A stretch of DNA of 64,000 bases from Vulcanimicrobiota bacterium (GCA_963733295.1 CAVTCS010000003.1:2304001-2368000); one strand, 5' to 3'; shown: positions 46,230-56,168, numbered from the stretch's first letter. Made by a program: numbers and translations. The notes: generated from the sequence alone by a model not told the origin.

Positions 46230-47489
46230 GTGCTCGAGACTCGAATCGGCGTGGCGCGCGCGCTCGTGTTCGGCCTGGGCGCGTGGCTCCTCGCAACCGC
46301 TCCGGCTCGTTCGGAGGTCACGACGGTCCCGGGCGGCGCCGGCGCGCCGATCGTCCGCGTGCAAGCGCTCCAAGGAAACGTCACCATCCGGACCTGGGAT
46401 CGCCCCGACGTGCAAATCGACGGGGACCCGGCGAGCTATTCCCTCGAGCAGCACGTCGCCCGCATCCCGGCCGTTTTTCCGCCGACGCCGATCTCGCCCG
46501 GCCGAATCGCCGGACCCGACGGCACGCCGATCATCATTCCCGCCGAAAGTTTCGTCGTCTCAACCTTGCCGGCGGGGCCGCGCGACGTCGTCGTCGTCAA
46601 GGGCACGCAGCTCGGCTCGCTGACCGTCACGATCCCGAACAACACGCCGGTGCTCGGCGTGCAAATCGGACGCGGATCGCTCAGCATCGACGGCTACCGC
46701 AACGAAACGCTGATCGCACACATGCGCGACGGGAACGTGGCGCTGCGCAACATGAGCGGTGACGTTTTCGTGCAAGACCTGCGCGGAACGCTTTCAGCCG
46801 AAGACTCGTCCTTCGGCCGGCTCCGCGCGCGCGGCGCGCTCGGGCCGATGGTTTTCGAACGCTGCAACGTCCGTCAAATCGAGGCAACCAACGTCAACGG
46901 CTCGATCGTGTACGATCGCGGTACTTTCGAACCCGGACTCGCGCGTTTTGCGTCCGAACACGGCGACGTCGCGGTCGGAGTCGCGTCGGGACCGGCCGAA
47001 CTCGGCGCGAGCGTATCGGATGGCGGCCGCGTTTACACGATGTTCGACAACCGCGCGCAAGTCGACTTGCACGAGGGACACAGCTCCGCGTCGCTAGGCG
47101 GCGGGGGCGGCGCGACGGTCAATGCGACGAGCGGTTCCGGCAACGTGTACCTCTACGACGGCTCGCTCCGGGCACGGCCGCGCCTGCCCGCCGAATGGCA
47201 GGCACCGGCCGGCACGTTGTTCGGAGCGCCGCGAAACGGCTACGGAGCCGGTTCGTTCGGCGGCCAGCCACGCTACGAAGGCGCGCCGCGCAGCGGATAC
47301 CCGATGCACTATCAAAGCGCACCGCAATACGAAGCTCCGCGAGGTCCGTACAGCGCTTACCCGCATCCGTACAGCGCTTACTCGCGTCCATACGCCTACC
47401 CGCCGGCGCGACGCCCGAGCGCTCCCGCAAACGGGGCGCGCCGTCCGCCACCTCCGCACGAACCGCAAGGACACGGCAACAAACACTAG
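46230..47489 (+). CDS. secreted DUF4097/adhesin-like beta-repeat protein with Pro/Tyr-rich tail
   Basis: Signal peptide; GNVTIRTWDRPDVQI and repeated G-x-V-x-L strands; low-complexity C-terminus. Confidence 0.75.
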   Translation: MLETRIGVARALVFGLGAWLLATAPARSEVTTVPGGAGAPIVRVQALQGNVTIRTWDRPDVQIDGDPASYSLEQHVARIPAVFPPTPISPGRIAGPDGTPIIIPAESFVVSTLPAGPRDVVVVKGTQLGSLTVTIPNNTPVLGVQIGRGSLSIDGYRNETLIAHMRDGNVALRNMSGDVFVQDLRGTLSAEDSSFGRLRARGALGPMVFERCNVRQIEATNVNGSIVYDRGTFEPGLARFASEHGDVAVGVASGPAELGASVSDGGRVYTMFDNRAQVDLHEGHSSASLGGGGGATVNATSGSGNVYLYDGSLRARPRLPAEWQAPAGTLFGAPRNGYGAGSFGGQPRYEGAPRSGYPMHYQSAPQYEAPRGPYSAYPHPYSAYSRPYAYPPARRPSAPANGARRPPPPHEPQGHGNKH

Positions 47490-47493
47490 GTTT

Positions 47494-50271
47494 TCAGGAT
47501 ATTTGCAGTGCTTCTGCGGCGACTCTTTCGACATCGAGCAGCGCGCCTTGCCGAGTTAGGGTCGCGATCTCGTCCTCCGGGAGCCGCTCGCGCAGCGCAC
47601 TCAGCACCAGCCCGTGCGAGTGTCGCTCGGTAAACTCGAGTTCGTACCCGACACTGCCACACCAAGCCTCGACGTAACCGAGGAGCGTCGCGGCGCGGCT
47701 TGCGTCGCCGCGCAACGCCGCGACGGCGGCGAGATGGACGAGCACGATCGAGACGGCTTGCGTGTCTTGAGCGCGCCGGCCGAGCGCCAAGGCCTCACGT
47801 GCGGCGGCACGCGCTGCGTCGCTTTCGCCGAGAGCAAGCTGGTAGCCGGCAGCGTTGGTCAGCGCCTTCGCTTGGCGCGCGATCATACCCAAGCGGGCAA
47901 ACGTCGCTGCGGCTTCGGTGGCGAGCTCCAGCGCTCGCCGCGCATCGCCCGCCTCAAACTCAAGCTCGGCTAGATTGACCGCCGGGATCGCCGCCGCGCT
48001 TTCTTCGCCTATCGCGGTGTAAAGGGCAATCGCTTGACGGTACAGCGCGCGGCCCTCATCGGTGCGTCCCTGCAAGCGCAGGATCGTGGCCCGCGTGCCG
48101 AGCGCGCCGGCATAACTGCGAGTCGTGGTTTGATCGAGCTGCTGCATCAGCTCGAGCGCGCGATCGATCGCCGCTTCCGCCTCGGCGAAGCGTTGCATCT
48201 GCCACAAGCCGGAAGCGCGCAGGCGATGTGCGTCGGCGAGTCTGATCCGATCGCCGGCTAGCTCGAACAGTGGAATCGCCCGCTCGGCTGCCTCGACGGT
48301 TTGTTTGGCGATGCCGAGGCCCGCGAGGATATGCCACAGCGGCCCTTCGATGGCCGGCGAAACGCCGTCGGGCAGCGCGCTCAAGGCGGCTTCGATCCAG
48401 CGCCGGCCTTCGCCCAGGCGCCCGCCGTGCGACCAAAGCCCGCTGAGGTCGCGCGCAATGCGGGCAGCGACGATAGGGTCGGCGCCGGTGCCCAGCGACC
48501 ACGTCAGCGCCGCACGAGCGTTTTCGAGCTCGTTGCCGGCGACCGCGAGCCATCGGTCGATCGGTAGACCGGCGGAGGACGCCTCGAACATCGCAGCCGC
48601 GAAGTCCGCCATCCAGGCCGCGTGGCGCTGCGCCAAGACTGCTCGTTCGCCGCTCTCTTCGAGCTTTTCTACCGCGTACGCACGCGTCGACTCGAGTAAC
48701 CGATAGCGCGCGCTCTCCGCGAGTTCGGCAACGACCAGCGATTTTTCGACGAGCGAGCCGTGCAGGTCTAAGATCTCGAGCGAGTCTAGCGTCGCGTCGG
48801 CGCAGACCGCCTCGGCCGCCTCGAGCGTCCAGCCGCCCGCAAAGATGCCGACGCGCCGGAAGAGCAGCCGCTCGGGCTCCGCGAGCAGGTTGTGACTCCA
48901 GTCGATCGTGGCACGCATCGTTTGCTGTCGCGGGAGCGCATCGTGGCTCCCACCGGTGAGGAGTCGAAAGCGCTCGTCCAGCTTCCGGGAAAGTTGCGCC
49001 AGCTCGAGGATCCTCACTCGCGCTGCAGCCAATTCGATCGCGAGCGGAATGCCGTCGAGGCGACAGCAGATCTCCGCGACGTACGGCGCGTTCTCGTCGG
49101 TCAGCGCAAAATGGTTGTCGGCGCGGAAGGCACGGTCGACGAAGAGCTGAGGAGCGCCGAAGGTGAGCACCTCCTTCGCTGACAGCGTTTGACCCGGGGG
49201 CGGCACCGAGAGCGACGGCATCCGGTACAACTGCTCGCCGGCAATATTCAAGCTCTCGCGGCTGGTTGCCAGGATGCGCACGTCGTGACAACCGTGCAGG
49301 ATCGTGGCAGCAGCGCTTCGCGCTTCCTCGATCACGTGTTCGCAGTTGTCGAGAACGAGCAGCAGCCGCTTGTGTTTGAGATACGCGAGCAACGAGTCGA
49401 GAAGCGGGCAGTCCGGCGACTCGGGCACGCCGAGAGATCGGGCGACGACACTGACCCCAAGCGACGGATCTGAGATCGGCGCGAGCTCGGCCAGCCACAC
49501 GCCGTTGCCCGACCCATCGAGCAATTCCGCGCCGACCTGGATCGCGCAGCGCGTCTTACCGGCGCCACCCGTGCCGACTAACGTCACGAGCCGATGCTGC
49601 TCCAGCAGCGCTTTAATCTCGAGCACCACGTCCTCGCGACCGACGAACGAGGTGAGCTGAGCCGGCAAATTGTTCGAAAGGTGATCGAGTGAAAGAAGCG
49701 GCGGAAACGCTTCGGGCAAGTCCGGTGCGACGAGTTGATAGACGCGTTCGGGCTGCGCCAAATCCTTGAGCCGATGCGCACCCAGCTCGCGCAGGCTGCA
49801 GTGCGGCGGAATCTCGTCTTGGAGCAGCTCGGTGCATATGCCCGAGAGCAGCACCTGCCCACCGTACCCGATCGCGAGCAATCGCGCGACGCGATTGACC
49901 GTCGGACCGAAGTAGTCGCCGTCGCGCTCCTCGGCGCTTCCTGAGTGCAGCGCCATACGCACGCGAATGCCATCCACGGCTGCGAAATCTTCGGCACTCA
50001 GCGCGCGCTGCGCGTCGAGCGCGCCGGCTAGCGCTTCTTGCGGGCTCGCGAAGGCCGCACAGAACGCATCGCCGACGGTCTTGAAGACATAGCCACCCCG
50101 CGCTTCGAGCGCTTTGCGCATCAGCGCATCGTGGCGTGCCAGCGCGGCAGCCATCGCATCGCGGTCACGTTCCCATCGTACGGTGCTGCCTTCGATGTCC
50201 GAAAACACAAACGTCACCGTGCCGGTAGGCCGAACCGAAACCGGCAGGCCCGATCCCGCCTTGGTCGCCAT
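47494..50271 (-). CDS. adenylate/guanylate cyclase + STAND NTPase + TPR-like repeats
   Basis: FSDIEGST, KTVGDAF, VNRVARL; SFVGRE, GTGGAGKTR, LVLDNCEH, GIPLAIELAA. Confidence 0.93.
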   Translation of the reverse strand: MATKAGSGLPVSVRPTGTVTFVFSDIEGSTVRWERDRDAMAAALARHDALMRKALEARGGYVFKTVGDAFCAAFASPQEALAGALDAQRALSAEDFAAVDGIRVRMALHSGSAEERDGDYFGPTVNRVARLLAIGYGGQVLLSGICTELLQDEIPPHCSLRELGAHRLKDLAQPERVYQLVAPDLPEAFPPLLSLDHLSNNLPAQLTSFVGREDVVLEIKALLEQHRLVTLVGTGGAGKTRCAIQVGAELLDGSGNGVWLAELAPISDPSLGVSVVARSLGVPESPDCPLLDSLLAYLKHKRLLLVLDNCEHVIEEARSAAATILHGCHDVRILATSRESLNIAGEQLYRMPSLSVPPPGQTLSAKEVLTFGAPQLFVDRAFRADNHFALTDENAPYVAEICCRLDGIPLAIELAAARVRILELAQLSRKLDERFRLLTGGSHDALPRQQTMRATIDWSHNLLAEPERLLFRRVGIFAGGWTLEAAEAVCADATLDSLEILDLHGSLVEKSLVVAELAESARYRLLESTRAYAVEKLEESGERAVLAQRHAAWMADFAAAMFEASSAGLPIDRWLAVAGNELENARAALTWSLGTGADPIVAARIARDLSGLWSHGGRLGEGRRWIEAALSALPDGVSPAIEGPLWHILAGLGIAKQTVEAAERAIPLFELAGDRIRLADAHRLRASGLWQMQRFAEAEAAIDRALELMQQLDQTTTRSYAGALGTRATILRLQGRTDEGRALYRQAIALYTAIGEESAAAIPAVNLAELEFEAGDARRALELATEAAATFARLGMIARQAKALTNAAGYQLALGESDAARAAAREALALGRRAQDTQAVSIVLVHLAAVAALRGDASRAATLLGYVEAWCGSVGYELEFTERHSHGLVLSALRERLPEDEIATLTRQGALLDVERVAAEALQIS

Positions 50272-50352
50272 CAGCGGACTTTCGGGTTTCGGCTTCCCGC
50301 CTCCGCTGATCGAGCGGTGCGAGGCGCTTTGGGGCTTGCCTCGGACGAGAGG

Positions 50353-51222
50353 CTACACGTAGGAGTCTTGGATTTTCTCGAGTTCGGGCAGGCGCGCTTC
50401 GATCTGCAGTCCTGCTAGCGCCGCCGGCGGGAGGTGGGTCATCGCTTCGAAGGTCGCGCGCTCGCTTTTGAAGATCACGCCGAGCGGAATCTTCTCAGAT
50501 TTCATCAGCACGTCGAAGGCGTGGGCGCGATCGGCCGGATCGTAGTCCGGACGCTCGTTGACGTAAAACACGTTCTCTTTGAACCACGCGTAGGTGTTGA
50601 TCTTATTGTACGTGACGCACGGCGACATCACTTCAACGACCGAGAAGCCCTCGAATTCAACCGCCTGCTTGATGAGATCGACGAGGATCTTCGGGTGCGC
50701 GGAGAAACCGCGAGCGATGAACGACCCTCCCGCCGCTAAAGCGACGGCGAGTCCGTTGATCGGCGCGTCCGGATTGCCTTGCGGGCTCGTCCCGGTCACG
50801 TACCCGCTCGCGCTCGTGGGCGACGACTGTCCTTTCGTGAGACCATACGTTTGGTTATCCATCACGATGTACGTCATGTTGGGATTGCGCCGCACGGCAT
50901 GCAGAAAGTGTCCCGCTCCAATCGCGTACCCGTCGCCGTCGCCGCCTGCCGCGATCACGGTCAAGTCGCGGTTCGCGAGCTTGACCGCGGTTGCGACCGG
51001 AAGCGCGCGGCCGTGAACGCCGTGAAACGCGTACGAATGCAGGTAACCCGAGATTTTTCCCGAGCATCCGATGCCCGAGACGAAAGCCACGTCCTTGGGT
51101 TGTTTGCCGAGCTCGGCCATCGCTTGTTTGAGCGCCGAAAGCACGCCGTAGTCGCCGCAGCCGGCGCACCACCACGAGGGGGTCGCGGTTGCAAAGTCTT
51201 TGGGTGACATCGTCATGGCCAT
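50353..51222 (-). CDS. 2-oxoacid:ferredoxin oxidoreductase beta subunit
   Basis: WCAGCGD, SGIGCS, HGRALP, GGDGD, DNQTYGLTKGQSSPT, SPCVTYN. Confidence 0.95.
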   Translation of the reverse strand: MAMTMSPKDFATATPSWWCAGCGDYGVLSALKQAMAELGKQPKDVAFVSGIGCSGKISGYLHSYAFHGVHGRALPVATAVKLANRDLTVIAAGGDGDGYAIGAGHFLHAVRRNPNMTYIVMDNQTYGLTKGQSSPTSASGYVTGTSPQGNPDAPINGLAVALAAGGSFIARGFSAHPKILVDLIKQAVEFEGFSVVEVMSPCVTYNKINTYAWFKENVFYVNERPDYDPADRAHAFDVLMKSEKIPLGVIFKSERATFEAMTHLPPAALAGLQIEARLPELEKIQDSYV

Positions 51223-52988
51223 CAGCGTTTCACCTCGGCGAACGCGCGCGGCTGCGCGATTTTGCGGACCGGTTCGACGATCTCGATCGGACGGAAGGGA
51301 CGTCCGTTGTATTTGAGCACGCGATGCATGCGCTCGAGCGGTCCCACCACGTAACGCACGAGACGTTCCAGCTGGCCCGTGAAGTTGTTCTCCACCACGA
51401 AGACCTCTCGCGCACCAGCGATGAATTCGCGCACGTCGTCCTCGGGGAACGGCCAGAGCGTCCGGAACTCGAAGAAACGCGTCGCCACGCCTTGCTCGGC
51501 TAAACGATGCTGCGCTTCGACGATAGGCCCGCAGTTCGAGCCGTAACCGAGGATCGCAATGTCCGCCTGCGGGTCACCGTGGACGATGCCTTTCGGCAAG
51601 TCGTCGCGCATCGACTCGAGCTTGCCCATGCGCTTCTCCATCATAAGCGCGCGATTGCGGGCGTTCTCGGTGATCACGCCGGCCGGATTGTGTTCCGAAC
51701 CCGCGGCCAAGTGCATTCCGCCCTCCAGGCCCGGCACGACGCGCGGCGACACACCGTCATCGGTCAGCGCGAAGCGTTCGTACTCTCCGAAGACCACCGC
51801 GTCGCGCACCAGCTGGCCGCGATCGACCTTCACCCGCGAGAGATCCAAGCGGGGTAGCGTCGCCTTACTCTGACAGAGCGCCTGCTCCGTCAGCAGAAAA
51901 ACGGGGCACTGATACTTTTCGGCGAGGTTGAAGGCCTCGGCAGTGAGATAGAAAGAGTCCTCGATCGTTCCGGGCGCGAGGACGATCCGCGGTATCTCGC
52001 CGTGCCCTGAGAAGATCAGGTGGTTGAGGTTCGACTGCTCGGTCTTCGTCGGCATGCCGGTCGAAGGGCCGGTGCGAGCGCACTCTACGACGACGACCGG
52101 GATTTCGAGCACGCCGGCCAAGCCGATCGCTTCGGTCATGAGCGCCTGCCCCGGACCCGACGTCGCGGTCATCGCGCGCACGCCGGTAAAGGCGGCCCCG
52201 AGCACCATGTTGATCGCGGCCAACTCGTCTTCGGCTTGCACCGCGACTCCACCGAACTTCGGAAGATACTTCGCCATCCATTCGAGCACGTCGGTCGCCG
52301 GCGTGATCGGATAGCCCGCCATGAAACGGCAACCGGCAACGAGCGCTCCGTAGCCGATCGCGTCGTTGCCCATCATGATCAGGCGATCGCCGTCATCCGC
52401 TTCGCGCAGCGCGTATCCGCTCGGCCACTCGGCAAAATGCCGGTCGACGTACGCTTCACCCGCTTCGATGGCGCGCAGGTTGAGATCGACGACTTTTTCA
52501 CCTTTACGCTTGTAGACGCCGGCGACGTCGGCGCGTACGACCTCCGGATCCATGCCGATGAGTTTTGCGAGCGCACCGAGCGAGATCGTGTTGCGCACGA
52601 GTTCGAGCCCCAGATCCTGCTTCGCAATTTGGGCTAACGGAATCTCGTACCAGTGCACGTCGCTGCGCCGGACGCTGTCGGGGATCTGCTCGGAGGTGCT
52701 ATCGAAGATGACGAAGCCGCCGGGACGCATTTCGTCGATGTGCGCCTCGACCGCCTCGAGATCGAAGGCGATGAGCCCGTCGACGAAGTCCGCCATCCCC
52801 CAGTGCGGATGCTCCCCCGCGCGAATGACGTAGTTCGTATGGCCGCCGCGAATGCGCGACGGGAAATCCTTGTAGGTGTAGACCTCAAGGCCCATGCGTT
52901 TGAACACGCCCGCGATGAGATCGCCGGTGGTCAGGCTACCGTCGCCGGCCTGTCCCCCGAACATGATCTCGATATCGTTAACGACCAC
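51222..52988 (-). CDS. 2-oxoacid:ferredoxin oxidoreductase alpha subunit (gamma-alpha fusion)
   Basis: GGQAGDG, SRIRGGH, YPITPAT, QAEDELAA, TSGPG, GPSTGMPTK; GTG after GGAG. Confidence 0.95.
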   Translation of the reverse strand: MVVNDIEIMFGGQAGDGSLTTGDLIAGVFKRMGLEVYTYKDFPSRIRGGHTNYVIRAGEHPHWGMADFVDGLIAFDLEAVEAHIDEMRPGGFVIFDSTSEQIPDSVRRSDVHWYEIPLAQIAKQDLGLELVRNTISLGALAKLIGMDPEVVRADVAGVYKRKGEKVVDLNLRAIEAGEAYVDRHFAEWPSGYALREADDGDRLIMMGNDAIGYGALVAGCRFMAGYPITPATDVLEWMAKYLPKFGGVAVQAEDELAAINMVLGAAFTGVRAMTATSGPGQALMTEAIGLAGVLEIPVVVVECARTGPSTGMPTKTEQSNLNHLIFSGHGEIPRIVLAPGTIEDSFYLTAEAFNLAEKYQCPVFLLTEQALCQSKATLPRLDLSRVKVDRGQLVRDAVVFGEYERFALTDDGVSPRVVPGLEGGMHLAAGSEHNPAGVITENARNRALMMEKRMGKLESMRDDLPKGIVHGDPQADIAILGYGSNCGPIVEAQHRLAEQGVATRFFEFRTLWPFPEDDVREFIAGAREVFVVENNFTGQLERLVRYVVGPLERMHRVLKYNGRPFRPIEIVEPVRKIAQPRAFAEVKR

Positions 52989-53065
52989 TACGTCTCCAAT
53001 CCGTGGATAGAATCTGCCGCTTCGATGTTTCCATTCCCCAAGCGACCTGCCCTCGCCGTCGCGCT

Positions 53066-53497
53066 TCACAACAAGAACTTGCGCATCACCGCGACGTCGA
53101 GTTTGAACGTGTGCTGGGGCAGGGTCGCCTCGAGCTTGTAGCCGGCGGCCTCGAAAAAGCGGCGCGCCGCCCCCTCGAGCGGCAGCTCGAGCGTCACCTT
53201 ATGACAATTGTAGTAGTTCGCCAACTCTTCGGCCCGCTCGACGAGGCGCCGGCCCACCCCGCGATGCCGCCATTCCGGTTCGACGAGCAGCGAGTCGAGG
53301 TGCGCCAGCGATGCGGCGATGCGTAGGCCGAGGACGCCCACGACCCGGCCGGCGACGGTCGCCGCGAGTTCGTGTTGCTGAGCGTGCCAAACGACGCGAA
53401 ATCCCCACAGCGTCGAAAGCGCCTCGCGCTCGTGCTCGCGCCGGAACGCCTCCGTCCGCTCCGGCCGGACGACCTCGATCTCGACCGGTTCAAGCAC
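53066..53497 (-). CDS. GNAT N-acetyltransferase
   Basis: LLVEPEWRHRGVGRRLV, ARRFFEAAGY. Confidence 0.88.
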   Translation of the reverse strand: MLEPVEIEVVRPERTEAFRREHEREALSTLWGFRVVWHAQQHELAATVAGRVVGVLGLRIAASLAHLDSLLVEPEWRHRGVGRRLVERAEELANYYNCHKVTLELPLEGAARRFFEAAGYKLEATLPQHTFKLDVAVMRKFLL

Positions 53498-54302
53498 GCG
53501 CGACGGCCGCGATCTCCGTCGTCGCGTCGAGCAGCCAGCCGTCGTGCGCGGCGAAAACGCGCAGGCCGAGCTCGTCCTCGAGCTCGCGCGCCAAGGCGTC
53601 GGGATTGCGTTCGAGCATGCGCGTCCCGAAGTGAGTCATGACCGCCACCCGCGGCCGAACTCCCGCGATGACCGTGCGCGCTTGATCGAACGTCAGGTGG
53701 TCGACGTCCATCGAGTCGCGATAGCGCAGAACGTTGACGATCAACAGGTCGGGCGCGTGCGAACGATAGTCCTCGACGAGACCGTCGAAAAAACGGCCGC
53801 AGGGAAGATACGATACGGTCGTTCCATGGTGCGAGAAATGCAGCCCGTACGTCTCCACGCCATGCTCGTGACGCACCGACGTCCGAACGTCGACGTCGTT
53901 GATGCGGTACGGACCGCTGCGCTCCTCGAGGTAATGATGGACCGGCACGAAGCGCTGGGCGTACGGAAAGATGACCGGCTCGCCTTCGAACGCGTCGCGC
54001 GGGGCGAGCAGCGCGCCGCGAGGCTTCCAGCCGCCTTGAGTCATCGCTTCGATCATCGCGTTGACGTCGCCGGCGTGATCGAGGTGCTTGTGCGAGAGCA
54101 CGATCGCGTCGAGTTCGGGCGGCTCGCAGCGCGGCACCGTCGACAAAGCGCGCACGAGCGCGCCGGGCCCCGGATCGACATGGATCTGCGTCGTTCGTCC
54201 GGGTCCGTCGCCGAACGTAAACCACATCCCGCCCGACGCTCGGATCTGCCGCGCGACGACGAATCGGGCTCCGCCGGTCCCGAGGAAGCGAACCGTTACC
54301 AC
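53490..54302 (-). CDS. metallo-beta-lactamase fold hydrolase
   Basis: FLGTGG, VDPGPG, SHKHLDH, HGVETYG, MTHFG. Confidence 0.9.
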   Translation of the reverse strand: MVTVRFLGTGGARFVVARQIRASGGMWFTFGDGPGRTTQIHVDPGPGALVRALSTVPRCEPPELDAIVLSHKHLDHAGDVNAMIEAMTQGGWKPRGALLAPRDAFEGEPVIFPYAQRFVPVHHYLEERSGPYRINDVDVRTSVRHEHGVETYGLHFSHHGTTVSYLPCGRFFDGLVEDYRSHAPDLLIVNVLRYRDSMDVDHLTFDQARTVIAGVRPRVAVMTHFGTRMLERNPDALARELEDELGLRVFAAHDGWLLDATTEIAAVARA

Positions 54303-54327
54303 GCGCTAACCGTTCAGCGCGCGGCGC

Positions 54328-55119
54328 TCACCATCCCATGTAGATCCCGCCGTTGATATTGAGCGACTGTCCCGTCATATAGTCGCCTTCAACGGCGAGG
54401 AAGCGTACGCCGCGCGCAATTTCCTCGGGCTTCGCCACGCGGTGCATTGGGATGCGATCCAAGATCTTCTCTTGAATGTTCGGCGGAACCGAGCGCCACA
54501 TCTCGGTTTCGACGAAGCCCGGACAAACCGCGTTCACGGTGATGTTGTAGCGAGCGAGTTCGATCGCGAGCGATTTCGTGAATCCGAGGATGCCGGCCTT
54601 GGCCGCGGAGTAGTTCGCTTGGCCGAAGTTACCCATCTGTCCGACGAACGAGGAAATGTTGATGATGCGGCCCCAGCCGTTTTCGAGCAGCAGCGGAACC
54701 GCGCAGTGGCAGCAGTTCATCACGCTGGTGAGATTGGTGTCGATGACCTCGTGCCAGTCTTGCACCGTCATCTTCTTGAACGTGCGGTCGCGCAGGATGC
54801 CCGCGTTGTTCACGATGATGTCGAGCCGTCCAGTCTTGGCTTTGACGCGCTCGAACATCGCGCAAACCTCGTCAAAATTCCTGACGTTCCCGCATTCGGC
54901 CAGCGCCGATCCGCCGGCGGCTTCGATCTGCGCTACCACGCCGGCAGCAGCTTCCGCGCCGCTCACGTAGTTAACGACGATCGTCGCGCCCGACGCGGCG
55001 AGTTCGCGCGCGATCGCGGCACCGATGCCGCGCGAGCTGCCGGTAACGACGGCAACGCGTCCTAAGAGGGGTTTCGGCTGGTTCGGATCGGGCGCGATCG
55101 CCCGCGCTGTCGTTTCCAT
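54328..55119 (-). CDS. phaB: acetoacetyl-CoA reductase (SDR)
   Basis: TGSSRGIG, NNAGILRD, GNFGQANYSAAKAG, YMTGQSLNINGG; pha gene context. Confidence 0.85.
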   Translation of the reverse strand: METTARAIAPDPNQPKPLLGRVAVVTGSSRGIGAAIARELAASGATIVVNYVSGAEAAAGVVAQIEAAGGSALAECGNVRNFDEVCAMFERVKAKTGRLDIIVNNAGILRDRTFKKMTVQDWHEVIDTNLTSVMNCCHCAVPLLLENGWGRIINISSFVGQMGNFGQANYSAAKAGILGFTKSLAIELARYNITVNAVCPGFVETEMWRSVPPNIQEKILDRIPMHRVAKPEEIARGVRFLAVEGDYMTGQSLNINGGIYMGW

Positions 55120-55189
55120 GAGAAAAGCCTTCGGAGAGCGCACGGGTCGCTCCCTGAAGGCGATTCTCAGTTAGTTCGCCGGGATGTCG

Positions 55190-55651
55190 TTAGTTCTGGC
55201 TGACTTGCTGGACGCGGGCTTGCGCTTCGTCGATGCGCTTGGAAAACTCGTCGAACTGCTGCGTCGCGGTCTCCTTCACGTAGCTCATGTTCGAAAGGCC
55301 GGTCTCGACGGCGCCGCGGAGTCCCGCAGCAACCGTTTCTTGCCAGTTGGCCCCGTGTGCGGCGAGCTTCTCGGCAAACTCGGAGGCGCTCTGCGCGTTC
55401 TTCTGCAGCTCGGCGACGGTCAACGTCGCGATCTGATTGGCGCGGTCGAAGTTGTCGCGAACGGTCGCCTCGACCGCTGACGACGCGTAGGGGCGCGACG
55501 TGATCTCGTAGATCGACTTGCAGTACTCGAGGCCGCGCCGGGCGCCGGCCGCGTAGGTATCGATGAACATCGTGTAGGCGGAATTCGTCAGTTCCAGGTA
55601 GCTTGCGGTCGTCTCTTTGACGGTCGCGGTGGCGGTTGCGTCTTTCTTCAA
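55190..55651 (-). CDS. putative phasin (amphipathic helical PHA granule protein)
   Basis: Ala/Thr/Glu/Gln-rich all-helical 153 aa, coupled to phaQ (TTGA overlap) and upstream of phaB. Confidence 0.6.
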   Translation of the reverse strand: MKKDATATATVKETTASYLELTNSAYTMFIDTYAAGARRGLEYCKSIYEITSRPYASSAVEATVRDNFDRANQIATLTVAELQKNAQSASEFAEKLAAHGANWQETVAAGLRGAVETGLSNMSYVKETATQQFDEFSKRIDEAQARVQQVSQN

Positions 55652-56121
55652 GGCTTCTCCTCAGGCGGCTTCGAGCTGCCCGCACGCTGCGGGTGCCCTT
55701 TCTGCCACGTTCCGGTGTAGAGGCTGAAGAACGCGTCGAGATTCGTGCGATATTGCTCGAGCGCCGAGCTCCAAACTTTGAGCGCGTCGTTGCCGGCGTC
55801 GGTGAGCGTGTAAACGCGCCGGGCCGGGCCTTGCTCTTTGGGATCCCACCACGAGGTGATGTAGCCGTCGCGTTCGAGTTGCCGTAGCGCCCGGTAGACC
55901 GTCCCAGGATCCGAGACCACCGCGAAATTCTCGCGGAGGGCTTTCATGATCTCATAACCGTGCAGGTTCAGGTCCTTGAGCATTACCAGCAGCCACGCCA
56001 TCAGGTAGTTCTTGGGCGTGCCCCGTGGGGGCAAACCCGCATCGGCCTTTCCGTGGAGGGGGTCGGCGCGGTCGGAATCGTCGCCGTTCGACGGACCCCG
56101 GCCATTCAATACGTCCTTCAT
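55648..56121 (-). CDS. phaQ: PadR family regulator, PhaQ-like (PHB-responsive repressor)
   Basis: GTPKNYL..LL..L...NLHGYEI, DPGTVYRALRQLE, SWWD, GPARRVYTLTDAG match the Bacillus PhaQ pattern. Confidence 0.8.
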   Translation of the reverse strand: MKDVLNGRGPSNGDDSDRADPLHGKADAGLPPRGTPKNYLMAWLLVMLKDLNLHGYEIMKALRENFAVVSDPGTVYRALRQLERDGYITSWWDPKEQGPARRVYTLTDAGNDALKVWSSALEQYRTNLDAFFSLYTGTWQKGHPQRAGSSKPPEEKP

Positions 56122-56133
56122 GCCTATATATGC

Positions 56134-56162
56134 ATTCTACACCTAAGTGTGGATTTTGGCAA
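56134..56162 (-). promoter_or_regulatory. sigma70 promoter of phaQ with overlapping palindrome
   Basis: TTGCCA-17 nt-TAGAAT; TCTACAC-CTAA-GTGTGGA inverted repeat at 56136-56153. Confidence 0.7.
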
Positions 56163-56168
56163 GGTTGC

